The translations under genes were made by a program, and so were the position numbers. This document shows, piece after piece, positions 12,397 through 25,401 of a stretch of DNA of 64,000 bases. Origin of the DNA: the human T2T-CHM13v2.0 reference genome, Homo sapiens; NCBI RefSeq assembly GCF_009914755.1, contig NC_060947.1. One strand, written 5' to 3'. Below the pieces are notes generated by a model, which made no database searches, was not told where the DNA came from, and saw only the letters and a program-made list of their open reading frames with translations. Within the stretch, counting starts at the first letter, position 1; each line of letters starts with the position of its first letter.

Positions 12397-12973
12397 GAAC
12401 GCTTTTACACTGTTGGTGGGAGTGTAAATTAGTTCAACCATGGTGGAAGACAGTGTGGCGATTCCTCAAGGATCTAGAGCAGGAAATACCATTTGACCCA
12501 GCAATCCCATTACTGGGTATATATCCAAAGGATTACAAACCATTCTACTGTAAAGACACATGCACACCTATATTTATTGCAGCACTATTTACAATAGCAA
12601 AGACTTGGAACCAACCCAAATGCCCGCCAATGATAGACTGGATAATGAAAATGTGGCACATATACACCATGGAATACTATGCAACCATAAAAAGGAATAA
12701 GTTCATGTCCTTTGCAGGGACATGGATGAAGCTGGAAACCATCATTCTCAGCAAACTAACCCAAACACCGCATGTTCTCACTCATAAGTGGGAGTTGAAC
12801 AAGGAGAACACATGGACACAGGGAGAGCCTTAGGACAAATACCTAATGCATGCAGGGCTTAAAACCTAGATGACGGGTGGATACGTGCAGCAAACCACCA
12901 TGGCACATGTATACCTATGTAACAAACCTGTACGTTCTGCACATGTATCCCAGAACTTAAAATAAAAAAAAAA
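12397..12973 (+). mobile_element. 5'-truncated L1PA7/8-like (ORF2 C-terminus and 3'UTR)
   Basis: ORF 12453-12833 is the L1 ORF2 C-terminus (WRFLKDLE...MEYYA); 3'UTR GGGCTTAAAACCTAGATGACGGG; poly(A); TSD ~AATT(T)CTACCTAAG. Confidence 0.92.
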
Positions 12974-14798
12974 ATTCTACCTAAGAAAATATATATATTT
13001 TAGATGAAGCAATGCAGTTTGGGGGTAAGAGTCCTGAACTTTGTATCAGAATATCTGTGAAGAGATGAATTAATTTTGAGAGAAGTTACTAAGAGGCACT
13101 GTCATGTAGTAATGTTTAGCATGGGCTATGGAGATGGACTGCCTGGGATGAAATTCTGGCTATCCAATTCTTAACTAGGGATTAAACGAGATAATGTATG
13201 GAAAGAATCACCTGGCATAGATTAATTGCTCATTATAAAATATAAGATGTCCATCTGTTTTAAAAAGAATAATTGGGGATATTTTAGACCTTAGGGTAGA
13301 GCATAAGAGTAATAATTTTGGAAAGAGTTGACTTAAGACCAGGCAATATAATTCGAATTTCAAGAAGCGATTCCCAAACTTGGGACTAATGCTGAGATCA
13401 GAAGCTACTTATAGCTGGCCTACAACCATCTTCTACCTGAGTTCCTACTATAATTCCAGTTGAATGTCTTTTACTACGACCGTACAGGTTGCCAAATTAT
13501 CTGCAAACCAACAGGGAGAACCATTTCCATAGGATCATGTCTGTCTAACAAGTATAGTCCTACCTTGTTGCAGCCAGAATAAATCTGATGTCCCATGGTG
13601 ACTAGAGTCTCCGTACCCTGTGTTGACAACAGCTAATGGGATGAGTGTGCATTTTTGATGCTGAGCAAAGATATGAGGGGTGCATGGAAGCTCTCTGTAC
13701 TATTTTTGCAAAACATTTGTAAATCAAAGATTATTTCAGAATAAAAATTTAAAAATATATGTAGCTTCACAAAATCGGGATATACAAATGCTACAAAAAC
13801 ATAATAAAACATGCTCAAGCTCATGAATAAGCATGGAAATGTATATTAAAACAAAAATGCTTATAAGAAATTTACTGGCATTTTTGAGATGGATACCATA
13901 GATACAATATTTCTAACCAACAAAATTACACTGAGACTTTGGTCTCACCCTGGTATTCTAAAGGGAGAAATGATAAAGCTGGGATATCAGTTTCTTGCTT
14001 CTCAGACAGTGAAGAAATCAGGAACTGTCTATTTTTCTTTTTTTAATTTTTTTTTGCAATGAGCACATATCTCCTTCAGTCCAACTAGAATGATTTTTGT
14101 CTGAAAGTGCTTTTGTTAATTTGACATACTTAAAAAATTTATTTTGCTTTATTTTCCAAAAAGGCAGTAACAATGTAATTGAGATCAGTTAATCAGTGTT
14201 AAGAAAGATAATTGCTATAGTTTTCCGATAATAGTCTCCCTATTGTAAGTAAAGTGTTATTTCAACTGTACCAGAACTAATGTAAATATTGCCATTTACA
14301 TCAGTAGATATAGACAAAACCATGATTTAAACAAATGGAAATCACTGGTATGGAAAAGAAAACTTATTAAAGTAAAATAATATCTACCAATTGTATGAAC
14401 TTTTCCATGTACTCTCAAAGAGTTTCTTTCAGAAGATATTTTCAAGTTAACAGCAGTCATAACAACAAAATAAAGCCACATTTGGCAGTAATGTGCCTGG
14501 GTTTAAGCTTAACATAAATGTAAACCTTGAACAGCTTTACCTCTCTGGACTCCAAGATATCATCATATGTAAAGGAACCTATTATTTCTTTGGAGGGAAA
14601 AAAGAGTTTGGATGAGGAGGCTATAGTGAGAAGGACCCACTAGTTCATGTTGTCTGCTTGATGTTAATCTGCTTTCTCTCAGGGATTCTCAACCAAGGTC
14701 CTCCTACTTCTGTATTACCCTTGCCCTTTAGGTAGCACCCCAGATACCTCACAGGTTTTAGGTTGATAAGTGGCACTTATGACATGGCCTGATACGTT

Positions 14799-14933
14799 TT
14801 ATAATAAAAATTCCCTCTTTGGTGGCACTTTTAAGTGCTAGTTAGGGTTCAAATCCAATCAATAAATGTTGTAATAGAAATTCCCTCTTTGGTGGCATTT
14901 TTGAGTGCTAGTTAGGATTCAAATCCAATCAAT
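14799..14933. repeat. Tandem duplication, 70-bp period, 2 copies
   Basis: 14799-14863 vs 14869-14933 match at 60/65 positions. Confidence 0.9.
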
Positions 14934-15269
14934 TGACTGATGACTCATTAGAAATGTATTGTCTCTCTAATTAGCACATAAATACTTTCCTTCCATAATA
15001 CTGCCACTTCTCTGATTACTCTTTCATTACCAACCTCTGGCTGGTGAAGCTCCTAGTCTTCTGGAAGTCTTAGAAGGTGAGTTATGTATTAATATTATTT
15101 CTACCCTTAATGTTTGGTGATGGTCATATCCTTATCACAGCCATCCAGTAACTTCCTGTGTGAGGAATCACAGGGGAGGCAGTGCTTTGGGGAAGTCTCT
15201 TTAGGGTCTATAAAACAAGAGTTCCCTTGTTTTCCTCCTAAGTTGAATAGCTCTCCTTTACCCTAGAAA

Positions 15270-15500
15270 GGTAATGGTAATTAATGGACTCTGGAGCAGA
15301 CTGTTCCTGCCAGCCTGCCGGCCTTCGAATCCTGGATTTACCAATTAGAAGCATTCTATTAATGCTCTTGTGTGTTTTCCTTATCTACAAAATAAGGGTG
15401 CTGATATTAGAGTTTTGTGATGATTAAATGAGTTAATATGTGTTCAGGACTTAGAACAATGTCTGGCAGATAGTTAATACTATTCAAGTGGTGGTTGTCA
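15270..15500 (+). mobile_element. MIR
   Basis: GGACTCTGGAGCAGACTG...TTCGAATCCTGG...TTGTGATGATTAAATGAGTTAATATGTG...CTTAGAACAATGTCTGGCA. Confidence 0.75.
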
Positions 15501-16365
15501 CTGTCATTGCAATTATCATCTACATTTAGGGCTTCCTTTTTAAACAATATTTGTGGAAAGAATTTCTCTGTTAAAGTCTTTGAAAATCCTTAGAGTAAGT
15601 GATGGCTCAAGGCTCTTCTTGGACTAACATTCTATTGCCTTAACTTACTTTAGGTCACATTTTTCTTTCATGGTGAGCTGGTAATTATATTAAGATGATG
15701 TGATTTGATGTGAGCAGCTTTCAAGCACAAGAGTGGTAATACGAAAGGATTAGTACTAAAGGTTTGTTGCCTTTTAATTAAATTATATAAACCAAATCAA
15801 AAACGGAATTGCCCCAATAGTGCATTTTAAACTACTTTCAATTGAAGAACATATTCTGCTTTAACTGCTCCTTCTCCATGACAGATTTTAGTCCAATGCA
15901 ATGAAAGTTAGCTAAAGGATATCTGTAGCCTCCCAAATTAAGTTTGTATGATCCTTACTTAAATTTGTTACTTCAAAACACTCTTCATCATATTGAAGGC
16001 AAAGCGATACCAGAGCTAAAACGTTAATGAAAAACCTAATTAACTTGGCTAGGTAGCTTTCTGCTGTCAATTTTACTAGGGCAGATAACTTACAGAGCAT
16101 CAGATAATGAAAATGTTGATTTGGACAGCAACAGACACTTAGCCAGAGGAGCATTAAGAAATATCATAAAATTGGTGCCTCAGAAATCCCCTCTAAAACT
16201 CATCTATGTCAGCCTCCTACTTCCCAGCTCTCTGAATGCCACTGCTGAGCATGACCTCTGCCCGCAATGTGCTTTCTTTAATTTTAATGCTAGAGATACA
16301 ATTATAAAGAGTAAAAATAAAAAAAATCTATGTTTTAAAAAGTAAGTCTGTGGATACAAATGTAA

Positions 16366-16368
<3 letters not shown>

Positions 16369-16396
<28 letters not shown>
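16369..16396. repeat. (TG)n microsatellite
   Basis: About 14 TG units. Confidence 0.9.
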
Positions 16397-16819
16397 CATG
16401 CATTTGGACATAAACGGAGGATTAGCTTAGAAAAATTACTGGCTGTGTCTTACTCAAAATCAACTTAGTAGATGATATGATATAACCAGACATTCAACTT
16501 TTTAAGGGTCTCATTGAGGATGATTCCTTCTGATCTTTATTGGATTATTTAGAAGCTGTACATGCTAGAAAGGCAAGAACATTTAGGTTGACGGCTCACC
16601 CACAAGGCCCTAATAAGTTGTCCTTATGTGAATGTAAAATGGTCATGGTCTGTATGGAAATTAAAATATTCAAATAATACCTTCTAACTGTTGCGATGAA
16701 AATGTATTGTCATACTCATATAATATTTTATGTGTGGGAAATCAATACACACAGTGGTTTGTATTCAAGAAACCTATAGATATTAATATGTATCAAGTTG
16801 TTGCTGCTTACTTTACTTA

Positions 16820-17710
16820 TTGAATCATTTAACCAATATTTATTGAATGCCTACCATGTGCCAGGCACTATGGTAGTGCTACAGATATCGTGGTGAGTAA
16901 AACGGTTATAATTCCTATTCTCGTAGAGATTACATTGTGGTGTAAGAAAGTAGCAAGAAACAAGGTGTAAGAAAGCAGCAAGAAAGTGCATATATAGATC
17001 AGTGTGCAGGTGCTATAAGAGTAATAGAAACACCTACTTTAGATACAGGGTCATGGCAGGTCATCCTGCAGAAGTGTGCTAAAACCAGATGAAGAATGGG
17101 TGGACAGAGTTTCAGGCAGAGACACAGTGTGTGCAGAGGCCTGAAAGGGGCAAAGGGCTTGGCCTATCCAAGGAACGAAGACAAGTGTGGCTGATGCCAA
17201 ATAAGTGATGGAATAGAAGCCTGGGATGAGACTGGACTGCAGACAAAGGCTAGATCACTCAGAGGCTTGCAAATCCACATTAAAAAGTCTGGATTTTACT
17301 CAAAATGAGTTAGAAGCAAGTAGAGTTTTACAAAGAGTTACATAATGTAATTTTATATTCAGGATCACTCTGGTTACTCTATGTATAATAGAAGAGATAG
17401 TCCAGAGAGGAAGTAGGGAGACCAGTTTGGAGGCTTTTGCTGCATTCCAAGTGGTGACAGTGTCAGTGGGAATGAAGAAGCAAGTTGAAGATATATTTTG
17501 GAAGTGGAATAAACTGCATTTGGTAGTGGAATGAGTGTGGGGTGGGAGGAGGAGAAAGAGGGAGGTGTCTCTGTCTTGAGCAACTGGGCAGATGGTGGTA
17601 TTATTTACTGTGATGTGGAATATTTGCATAAGGACTGTGTTCAGGAGAAATGTTAAAGAATTTGCTTAGGACATGTTAAGTTTAAGATGCCTGTGAGACA
17701 TCCAACCCAC
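16820..17710 (-). mobile_element. L2 (L2a-like) including 3' end
   Basis: AATATTTATTGAATGCCTACCATGTGCCAGGCACTA...GGACATGTTAAGTTTAAGATGCCTGTGAGACATCCAA. Confidence 0.85.
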
Positions 17711-18139
17711 TTGAAATTCCTCCTGTCTGGACGAGACTTGATCACTAAAGCAATTATTCAAGTTAGGCCATAGTTGCAGTTCTGTAACAAAAATCCCTTC
17801 CCCAGAAGATGTGTTTCTCACAGCCATCTTTGGCAAATGGCAGTTTTATTAGTAACAGAAAAACTACACTTACATCACATGCTTGTTGTAAACATAAAGG
17901 GCTAAGTACTCCAAGCACTTACTATGTATATACTGTTAGGCACCTTAGAAACATTAGGCTGCAACTGAGCTTCAAACTGTATGGGGCTGGCAGTGCAATG
18001 TGATCCCAATTTGACAGATGATAAAGATGAGTTTCAAAGAAATAAGTAGTTTTCCTATGCTTATACATCTACTATGTGATAGTGATATGTTTGAAATGGA
18101 TAAAAGTATTAAAGTATTATCATATACAGTCTGTCTGCC

Positions 18140-19040
18140 TTATTTTTTAGTTTTTTATTGTGGTATAATATAATATAAAATTCTAATCTTAACAATTATT
18201 AACTATTCAACTCAGTGCCATCAAACGCATTAACAATGTTGGAAAACCATCACCACTATCCATTTTCAGAACTTTTTCATCATCCCAAACAAAAACTCTA
18301 TACTCATTAAGCAATAACTCCCATTCTCTCTTCTCCCTGTCCCAGGTAACCTCTAATCTACTTTCTGTCTTTATGAGTTTGCCTAATTTAGATATTTTAT
18401 GTTAATGAATTTATGCAATTTCATATTAATGAATTCTTCTGCGTCTTCTGACTTATTTCACCTAGCATAATGTTTTAAAACTTTATCCATGTTGTAGCAT
18501 GTAGCTATTGTGAGTAGTGCTGCTGTGGACGTTGATGTACAAGTATCTGTTTGAGTTCATGCTTTCAATTATTTTGGATATGTTCCTAGGAGTGGCATTG
18601 CTGGATCACATGGTAATTCTATATTTAACTAACTTTTTGAGGAATCATCATAGTGTTTTCCACAGTGGCTGTGCCATTTTGCATTCCAACCAGCAATGGA
18701 TAAGGGTTACAATTTCTCCACATCCTCGCCAACACTTGTTATTTTAGATTTTTTAAATAAAGCCATTCTCGTGGATGTGAAGTAGTATCTCATTATGGTT
18801 TTGATTTGCATTTCTGTAATGACTAATGGTGCTGGGCATTTTGTCATATGCTCCTTGTCTATTTGTATATCTTCTTTGGAGAAATATCTGTTCAATGTCT
18901 TCATTTTCATTGGAGAAATGCCTGCCCAATTTTGAATTGAATTATTTTTGTTGATGTGTAGGTGTTTGTTATATATATTCTGGATATTAACCTCTTGTTA
19001 TGTATATACCTGCAGATATTTTCCCTAGGTCTTTACCTGT
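18140..19040 (-). mobile_element. L1MB (L1MB7/8-like) 3' part
   Basis: AACCATCACCACTATCCATTTTCAGAACTTTTTCATCATCCCAAAC; ORF 18707-18910(-) resembles L1 ORF2 (EMQIKTIMRYY). Confidence 0.85.
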
Positions 19041-21349
19041 TTTCGAAATGGGAATCTGTGCTTTTATAGCCACTGGGCCTTTACTGTATGGATCTAAGAA
19101 ATGGATGGAGAGGAGAATTGAAGAAGCCAAACAAAGGATAAATTGGCTTATGGAAAACTCAAAGAAATACAAGGAAAAAGTTAAATGATCCAGAAGGTGA
19201 AAGATGAGGTCAGGGATAGAGAAAGGAAGAGTGAAGGGAGAGAAAGGTGATTAGAGTAAATTATGTGAGGAGAGAGGGAAGAAAGATTGGGCATAGAACT
19301 TTGGTGTAGAGTATTTTTTGAAATATAACTTATTTATTGAAAAAGCCAAACTGTATAAATTATAAACCTTAAACAATTTTATTATTTCTCCCTGTTGAAG
19401 TTATGAGGTGACCTGAATTTTCCCCATCTGGATTTTGAATTTATTAAAATATTTATAGATACAAATAAGAAAAAAATAAATACATCATCTCTATAATTAG
19501 TAAAGCTGATATTCGATATCGTGGCTTGTATGTGTGGGCAAGAAGCCTTTCTTTTACAATACTCCAACATTAGAAAAATTTATCCTCCCAGCCACAGGAA
19601 GCATTGGAAAACCTTAGACTACCCCTTATGGGGGATCTGGCCATGCTTAAAGCTTATCGCATGAAGGAGTTGACCAGAATATGTACTTCATAGTGGGTGC
19701 AGGATCCCAAGTGAAAAAGGAGAGGCAGAGGCTGAGTGATACATGTCTGGTTCCTTATTCCAAATTCACCAATCACATAAGTCACAACTCTTATCCCCGA
19801 GAGTAGACTGAATGAGGAGGATGGAGAGAGCTCAGGGATGTTTCTTTAAATTGATCTCCTGCTACATAGAAGAAAACATTAGAGGGGAACAGAAGCATTC
19901 CTCTTTAAAATGCAGCACTGGCCCTCCAACTCCAATTTGTTGAGTAGTTCTTTCCTGCTCCTTTTATTACATTCTAGGGAGATATCACAGCTTTTCTGGT
20001 CATTCTTGCATAACAAAACTCCAGTACAGCTGATGGAATATTCTTATTTATCTTGGTATTTACCTGTGTGACTTTGGATATTAGGAATCCAGGAAACAAC
20101 TTGGAGTTGAAGTAACTATGAATATACTAAAGGACCTATATCCCATTTATGATGTGAAGGAACCCAACACTAGCACAGACTAGCTCTCTGATATCACCTA
20201 TATAATGTGAATAGGGGTTCAAGCCACCTATATAAGACCAGGCATTTCTACAGAAGCTCCTAAGTGAAAAAAAAGTACAAAATTATTAAGCAAGGGGGGA
20301 GGGTAAAGGGGAAAAGAGATAGAAATAGATGAGTACCCTAAGTACAATGAATCTATAAGTCACACATAGCATAAATAAAGCTAGGAATAGTAGCCCAAAT
20401 ATCCACAGTTGGAGGATACATTTGTTTTATTTAAAATAAAAATTTTAAAAAATTGGGAAAAGATTTAAATTAAGTGTATAGTTAGGATCCACAAAGACAT
20501 AAATGAATATTCATAAACAGAATTGTAAAATATATATGAAAAATAGGGAGAATAAAATATAAACAGAATGAGATAAAAGGGACCCTATTAGAAATTTTAG
20601 AAATGAAAAAATATTATTATCGAACTGACAATTCAGTAGACAAACTCTAAACTGGACACAAACAAAGAGCGAATGCATGCAATCAAATATGTGGCCAAGG
20701 AATCTACTTAGAATGCAGCACATAAAAATATAAAAATGATGAAAGATAAGTTAATAAAAATAGAAGATAGATAGTTTAACAGATTCCACTATGAGTCTAA
20801 TCAGATTTACAAAATAAGGGAAGAGAGAGAATAGCAGAGAAACAACATTCAAGGAGGTTTTGCAGACGACTTCCAGAATTGAAGAAAGGCATGGGTCCTC
20901 ACTCAAAAGTTAACTGTAAATAGCAAAATAATTAAAACTAAATTTGTAAATATATACAAGTTAATGAAACTGCTGATGACCACTGCCGAATATTAAGGAT
21001 AGAGGGAAATCATTTAAAACTAACATACATAGAAGTCAATGATCTACAAAAGAACAATAATTTAACAGCTGGATTTCTCATCAGTATGAAGAGATACCAG
21101 AAGTACATGGTATAATATATTCAGCCCAACAACTACCATCCAAATGCAAAGATAAAGACATTTTTAACAACAGAAAGAATAAGATGTATAGCCATAAAAA
21201 GACTCTTGTAGAAAGACACTCTAAAGGATGTCTTCCAACAAGAAAAAAGGTGAAAGTAAAGATGTGGAATGCAAAAAACAATTGCAAGCCATGAATGATG
21301 ATATTTTAGTAAATTTAATTCATGACCGAATAGAAAATAGCATTTTGCA

Positions 21350-21596
21350 GGAAGGGGAACATCACACTCTGGGGACTGTTGTGGGGTGGGGGGAGGGGGG
21401 AGGGATAGCATTAGGAGATATACCTAATGCTAAATGACGAGTTAATGGGTGCAGCACACCAGCATGGCACATGTATACATATGTAACTAACCTGCATATT
21501 GTGCACATGTACCCTAAAACTTAATGTATAATAACCTGCACAATGTGCACATGTACCCTAAAACTTAAAGTATAATATAAATAAATAAATAAAAAT
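21350..21596 (+). mobile_element. L1PA3-like 3' end (5'-truncated) with duplicated terminal 44 bp
   Basis: GAAGGGGAACATCACACTCTGGGGACTGTTGTGGGGTGGGGGGAGGGGGGAGGGATAGCATTAGGAGATATACCTAATGCTAAATGACGAG. Confidence 0.93.
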
Positions 21597-21664
21597 TAAG
21601 CTTATTATTCTGATATAACTATAGATTAATTAACTATAATTAATAAGCAGTTATAAGAAATAAT

Positions 21665-22260
<596 letters not shown>

Positions 22261-22261
22261 T

Positions 22262-22810
22262 TCAGAGAGATCCCGTTGTACCTTTTATTCAGTTTTCTCC
22301 AATAGTAACATCTTGTACAATATCATAACCAGGATACTGACATTTACTGATCTTATTCAAAATTCCCTATTTTACTTGTACGTGTGTGTGTATTTACTTC
22401 TGTACAATTTATCATGTTAGGCTTGTGCGTCTATAACCACAGTCAAGATGCAGAACAATTCCATTGCCACAAGGATCCTTTGTGTTGCCCTTTTAAAAAT
22501 CACAACCCTTTCTTCCTCACCCTCCTCCCACGTGCCCATCCGTCTTCATGGCCTTCACTAATCTGTTTTCCACGTCTACATTTTGGCTTTTCAAAAATGT
22601 TCTATACATGGAATCATGCTGTTGAAGGACATCTGGGTTGTTTCCAGTTTTGGCTATTATGAATAAAGCTTTGTGTACAGGTTTTTATGTAAAAATCTAT
22701 GTTTTCCTTTCTCTGGGACAAATACCTGAGTGTCATTACTGGGTTGTATGGTATTTGCATGCTTAATCTTGTAAGAAACTGCCAAATTGGTTACTAGAGT
22801 GTGAATCATA
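22262..22810 (-). mobile_element. L1MC-type fragment
   Basis: CAATAGTAACATCTTG...ACCACAGTCAAGATGCAGAACAATTCCATTGCCACAAGGATCC...GAAGGACATCTGGGTTGTTTCCAGTTTTGGCTATTA. Confidence 0.75.
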
Positions 22811-23309
22811 ATTTTAAACACATTGTATTATAACTATTTCTCCAAATAATTAAATTATCTTAAAAAACAACAAAATAATAATAATAATAATAATAATAGA
22901 AAAAAAGAAAACAGCATTTTGCAATTAAATGAAAGATAAAACTAAAATGGTAGACAACAATAGCAACAATAGGGGATTGAGTGCATGCTCTTCAATATGT
23001 TTAGTGATTACTTAAAGGAAGCCAAGATTAGTATGTTTGTGTGTGTGTGTGTGTGTGTGTGCATGTGTGTGTGTGTTTATGGAAGAGGAAAGGTGTACCA
23101 AATAATGTTAGACACTATTGAAAACAGTTTTAGGTAAAGATATATGGAAAAATAAAGTCTATTCATAAAATAGAAATGTAATCCACATATTTATTTCATG
23201 ATAGTTGAGGTAAGAGAAAAGCTTACAGAAAACTTTAAGAATAAAAAAATCAGTAAAGGGGGCAGATGAAATATAAAGAGAGGATAGTAAAAAGAAAACA
23301 TTTTTAAAA

Positions 23310-23600
23310 AGTGGGTGAAATGTATAACAGATATGAAATTATAGCTAGATAAGAGGGATGATTTCTGGTTCTCTGCAGCACTGTAGACTGAGTACAGTCA
23401 ACAATAATTTATTGTATACTTTCAAAAATTCGAGGATTTTGAATGTTTACAACACAAAGAAATGATAAATGTTTGAGGCAATGGATATGCTAGTTACCCT
23501 GATTTGATCATTATACGTTGTATACACTTATCAAAATATTGCTCTGTATCCCATAAATATGTGCAATCATTATGTGTCAACTAGAAACAAACAAAAAAAG
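23310..23600 (+). mobile_element. L1MA4/5-like 3' end
   Basis: GAGGATTTTGAATGTTTACAACACAAAGAAATGATAAATGTTTGAGG...TATCCCATAAATATGTGCAATCATTATGTGTCAACT. Confidence 0.8.
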
Positions 23601-24144
23601 AGAGGTAACTAAGAGTATCAGATTGGGGATGCAAAATTCAGTTATATTCTGCATAAAAGACAGACCCAAAACACAGTTTAACTTTGGGAAATGGAGATAT
23701 TAGAAGAGGTATATAAAACTGTCATTACTTACACTTGATATGATTACCTACATTAAAAAACTGAAAAAAAACTACAGAATTAATTAATCTACAGAATTAA
23801 TAGAATTAATAAGACAGTTTGGCAAGTTTGTTGGATATAAAAATCCATAAAGTACATTTATATTCTCCACAATATATAAAAAGATACTATGATTAGTAGG
23901 ATAAAGTATTTTAAGATATTTTAAGATTACAAAAGTTTCTAAATTATATGTAAGGGCAAAGGCCAAGGACAGTCAAGACACTGCTAAAGAAAGAGGTCAT
24001 GTTGGAATGCCTTGCCTTACCAGATGTCAATAATTATTATGAAACTATACTAATTAAGACTGTGGTATTTGTGGTATCTGCACAGGGATAGATAACCTGA
24101 CTATAGGAACCAGATAGAGTGCCCAGAAAAAAAGTCATGCATAT

Positions 24145-24615
24145 GTTGTAGTAAACAGTATTATTCCTCCCTCAAATTCCTTCTCTTGCTATAAGATTAT
24201 ATATTTCCACTCGTGGCCATATAACTTGCTGTGCCTCCCTGGGAGAGGAGTGAACTCCTCCCTACTCCCCCCATACCCTGCCATTGATGTTGGGCTTCGC
24301 CTACCTTGCTTTGGCCAATAAAATGCTAGCAGAGGTGACATCACACCTGACAGAAACTTTAATCATGGTGAGTATATAACTATAATGACAGAAATCTCAT
24401 TGCGAGGTTTGACAATTCTTTTCCTTCTGCCAAAAAAAAATGTCATATGCCTAATAAGGACTGCTCTTTCAGTTTTAATCCTGAAATAAAGAAAAAAGAA
24501 CTGTAGATGGAACCCAGTGCTGACATGCTGTCAGTATGTAGTGTGAGCAAGAAATAAGCTGCATAAGCCACCATGATTTGGGGATTGTTTGTTAGTGCAG
24601 CATAACTTAGTGAGA
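24145..24615 (+). mobile_element. MLT1 (MLT1I/J-like) MaLR LTR
   Basis: TTGCTTTGGCCAATAAAATG...GTGAGCAAGAAATAAGC...TAAGCCACCATGATTTGGGGATTGTTTGTTA. Confidence 0.7.
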
Positions 24616-25121
24616 ACTTCATGTGTGACAGAATCAGCATTCCAGTTCAATGGGGGAAAGGATGAACTTTGCAATAGAAAAATATGACATTATTACTCCT
24701 GTATCACTTTGTATATAAAAATAGATACTGGGTGTATGAAAGACTTCAGGCTAATATTACAAAAACTTTTAGGTGACAATCTAAGGGAAAAGAAGTAGAT
24801 ATAATAGAGAAAAAGTAGATGGACTACATCGAGATTAAAAGTTTCTGTTCAGCAAACAAGACAAAAACTGGAAGTTACGTGCAACACATATCACTCAGAA
24901 GGGACTCATATACAGGTCATAAGAAAAAGCAATCCACTTGAAAAATGAGCAAATGTCTTCAATAGTCATTGCACAGAAGAGGAAACCCAAGTGGCCAATA
25001 AACATACAAAATGATGTTCAGCCTCATTAAATTAAAATCACAATGAGATACCATTTCACATTCCTCATTTGGCAAAAATATAAAAGTTTGAAAGCTGTTT
25101 CATCCCTGGGTGTTTTCTCTG

Positions 25122-25316
25122 CAGGGGTTGGTACTTGGGTCATGGGCAAATATGTCCTATGGCCTGTTTTGGTAAGGTTCTGCACACTAAGAATGATTTT
25201 TAAATTTTTAAAGGGCTGTAGAGAAAGAGAGAATATGTGACTGAGATCACATGTGGTCTAAAAAGCCTAAATTGTTTATTGTTAGGCCCTTTAAAGGAAA
25301 AGTTTGCCAACCCCTG
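25122..25316. mobile_element. MER58 (hAT-Charlie MITE, MER58C-like)
   Basis: Terminal inverted repeats CAGGGGTTGG / CCAACCCCTG; internal AAAGCCTAAA...GGCCCTTTA...AAAAGTTTGCC. Confidence 0.8.
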
Positions 25317-25323
25317 AGAGGAA

Positions 25324-25326
<3 letters not shown>

Positions 25327-25374
<48 letters not shown>

Positions 25375-25401
25375 AGAGAGAGAGAGAGAGAAAGAGAGAG
25401 A
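25327..25401. repeat. (GT)n(GA)n compound microsatellite
   Basis: About 23 GT units followed by a GA tract. Confidence 0.95.

Noticed and set aside
13430-13525. Minus-strand exon-like segment (TTTGCAG|...CTCAG|GTAGAA)
   Set aside because: Weak donor and stops in all three frames.
14799-14933. CRISPR-like repeat-spacer array
   Set aside because: Only two adjacent copies, no unique spacers, eukaryotic context, no cas genes.
12019-16990. Short tandem duplications at ~12019-12081 and ~16940-16986
   Set aside because: Common slippage events inside old repeats; no further structure.
19000-19188. ORF ending ...WMERRIEEAKQRINWLMENSKKYKEKVK after TTTTATAG as a coding exon
   Set aside because: Starts within L1MB, resembles decayed L1 ORF1 coiled-coil text, and has no partner exons or recognised protein.
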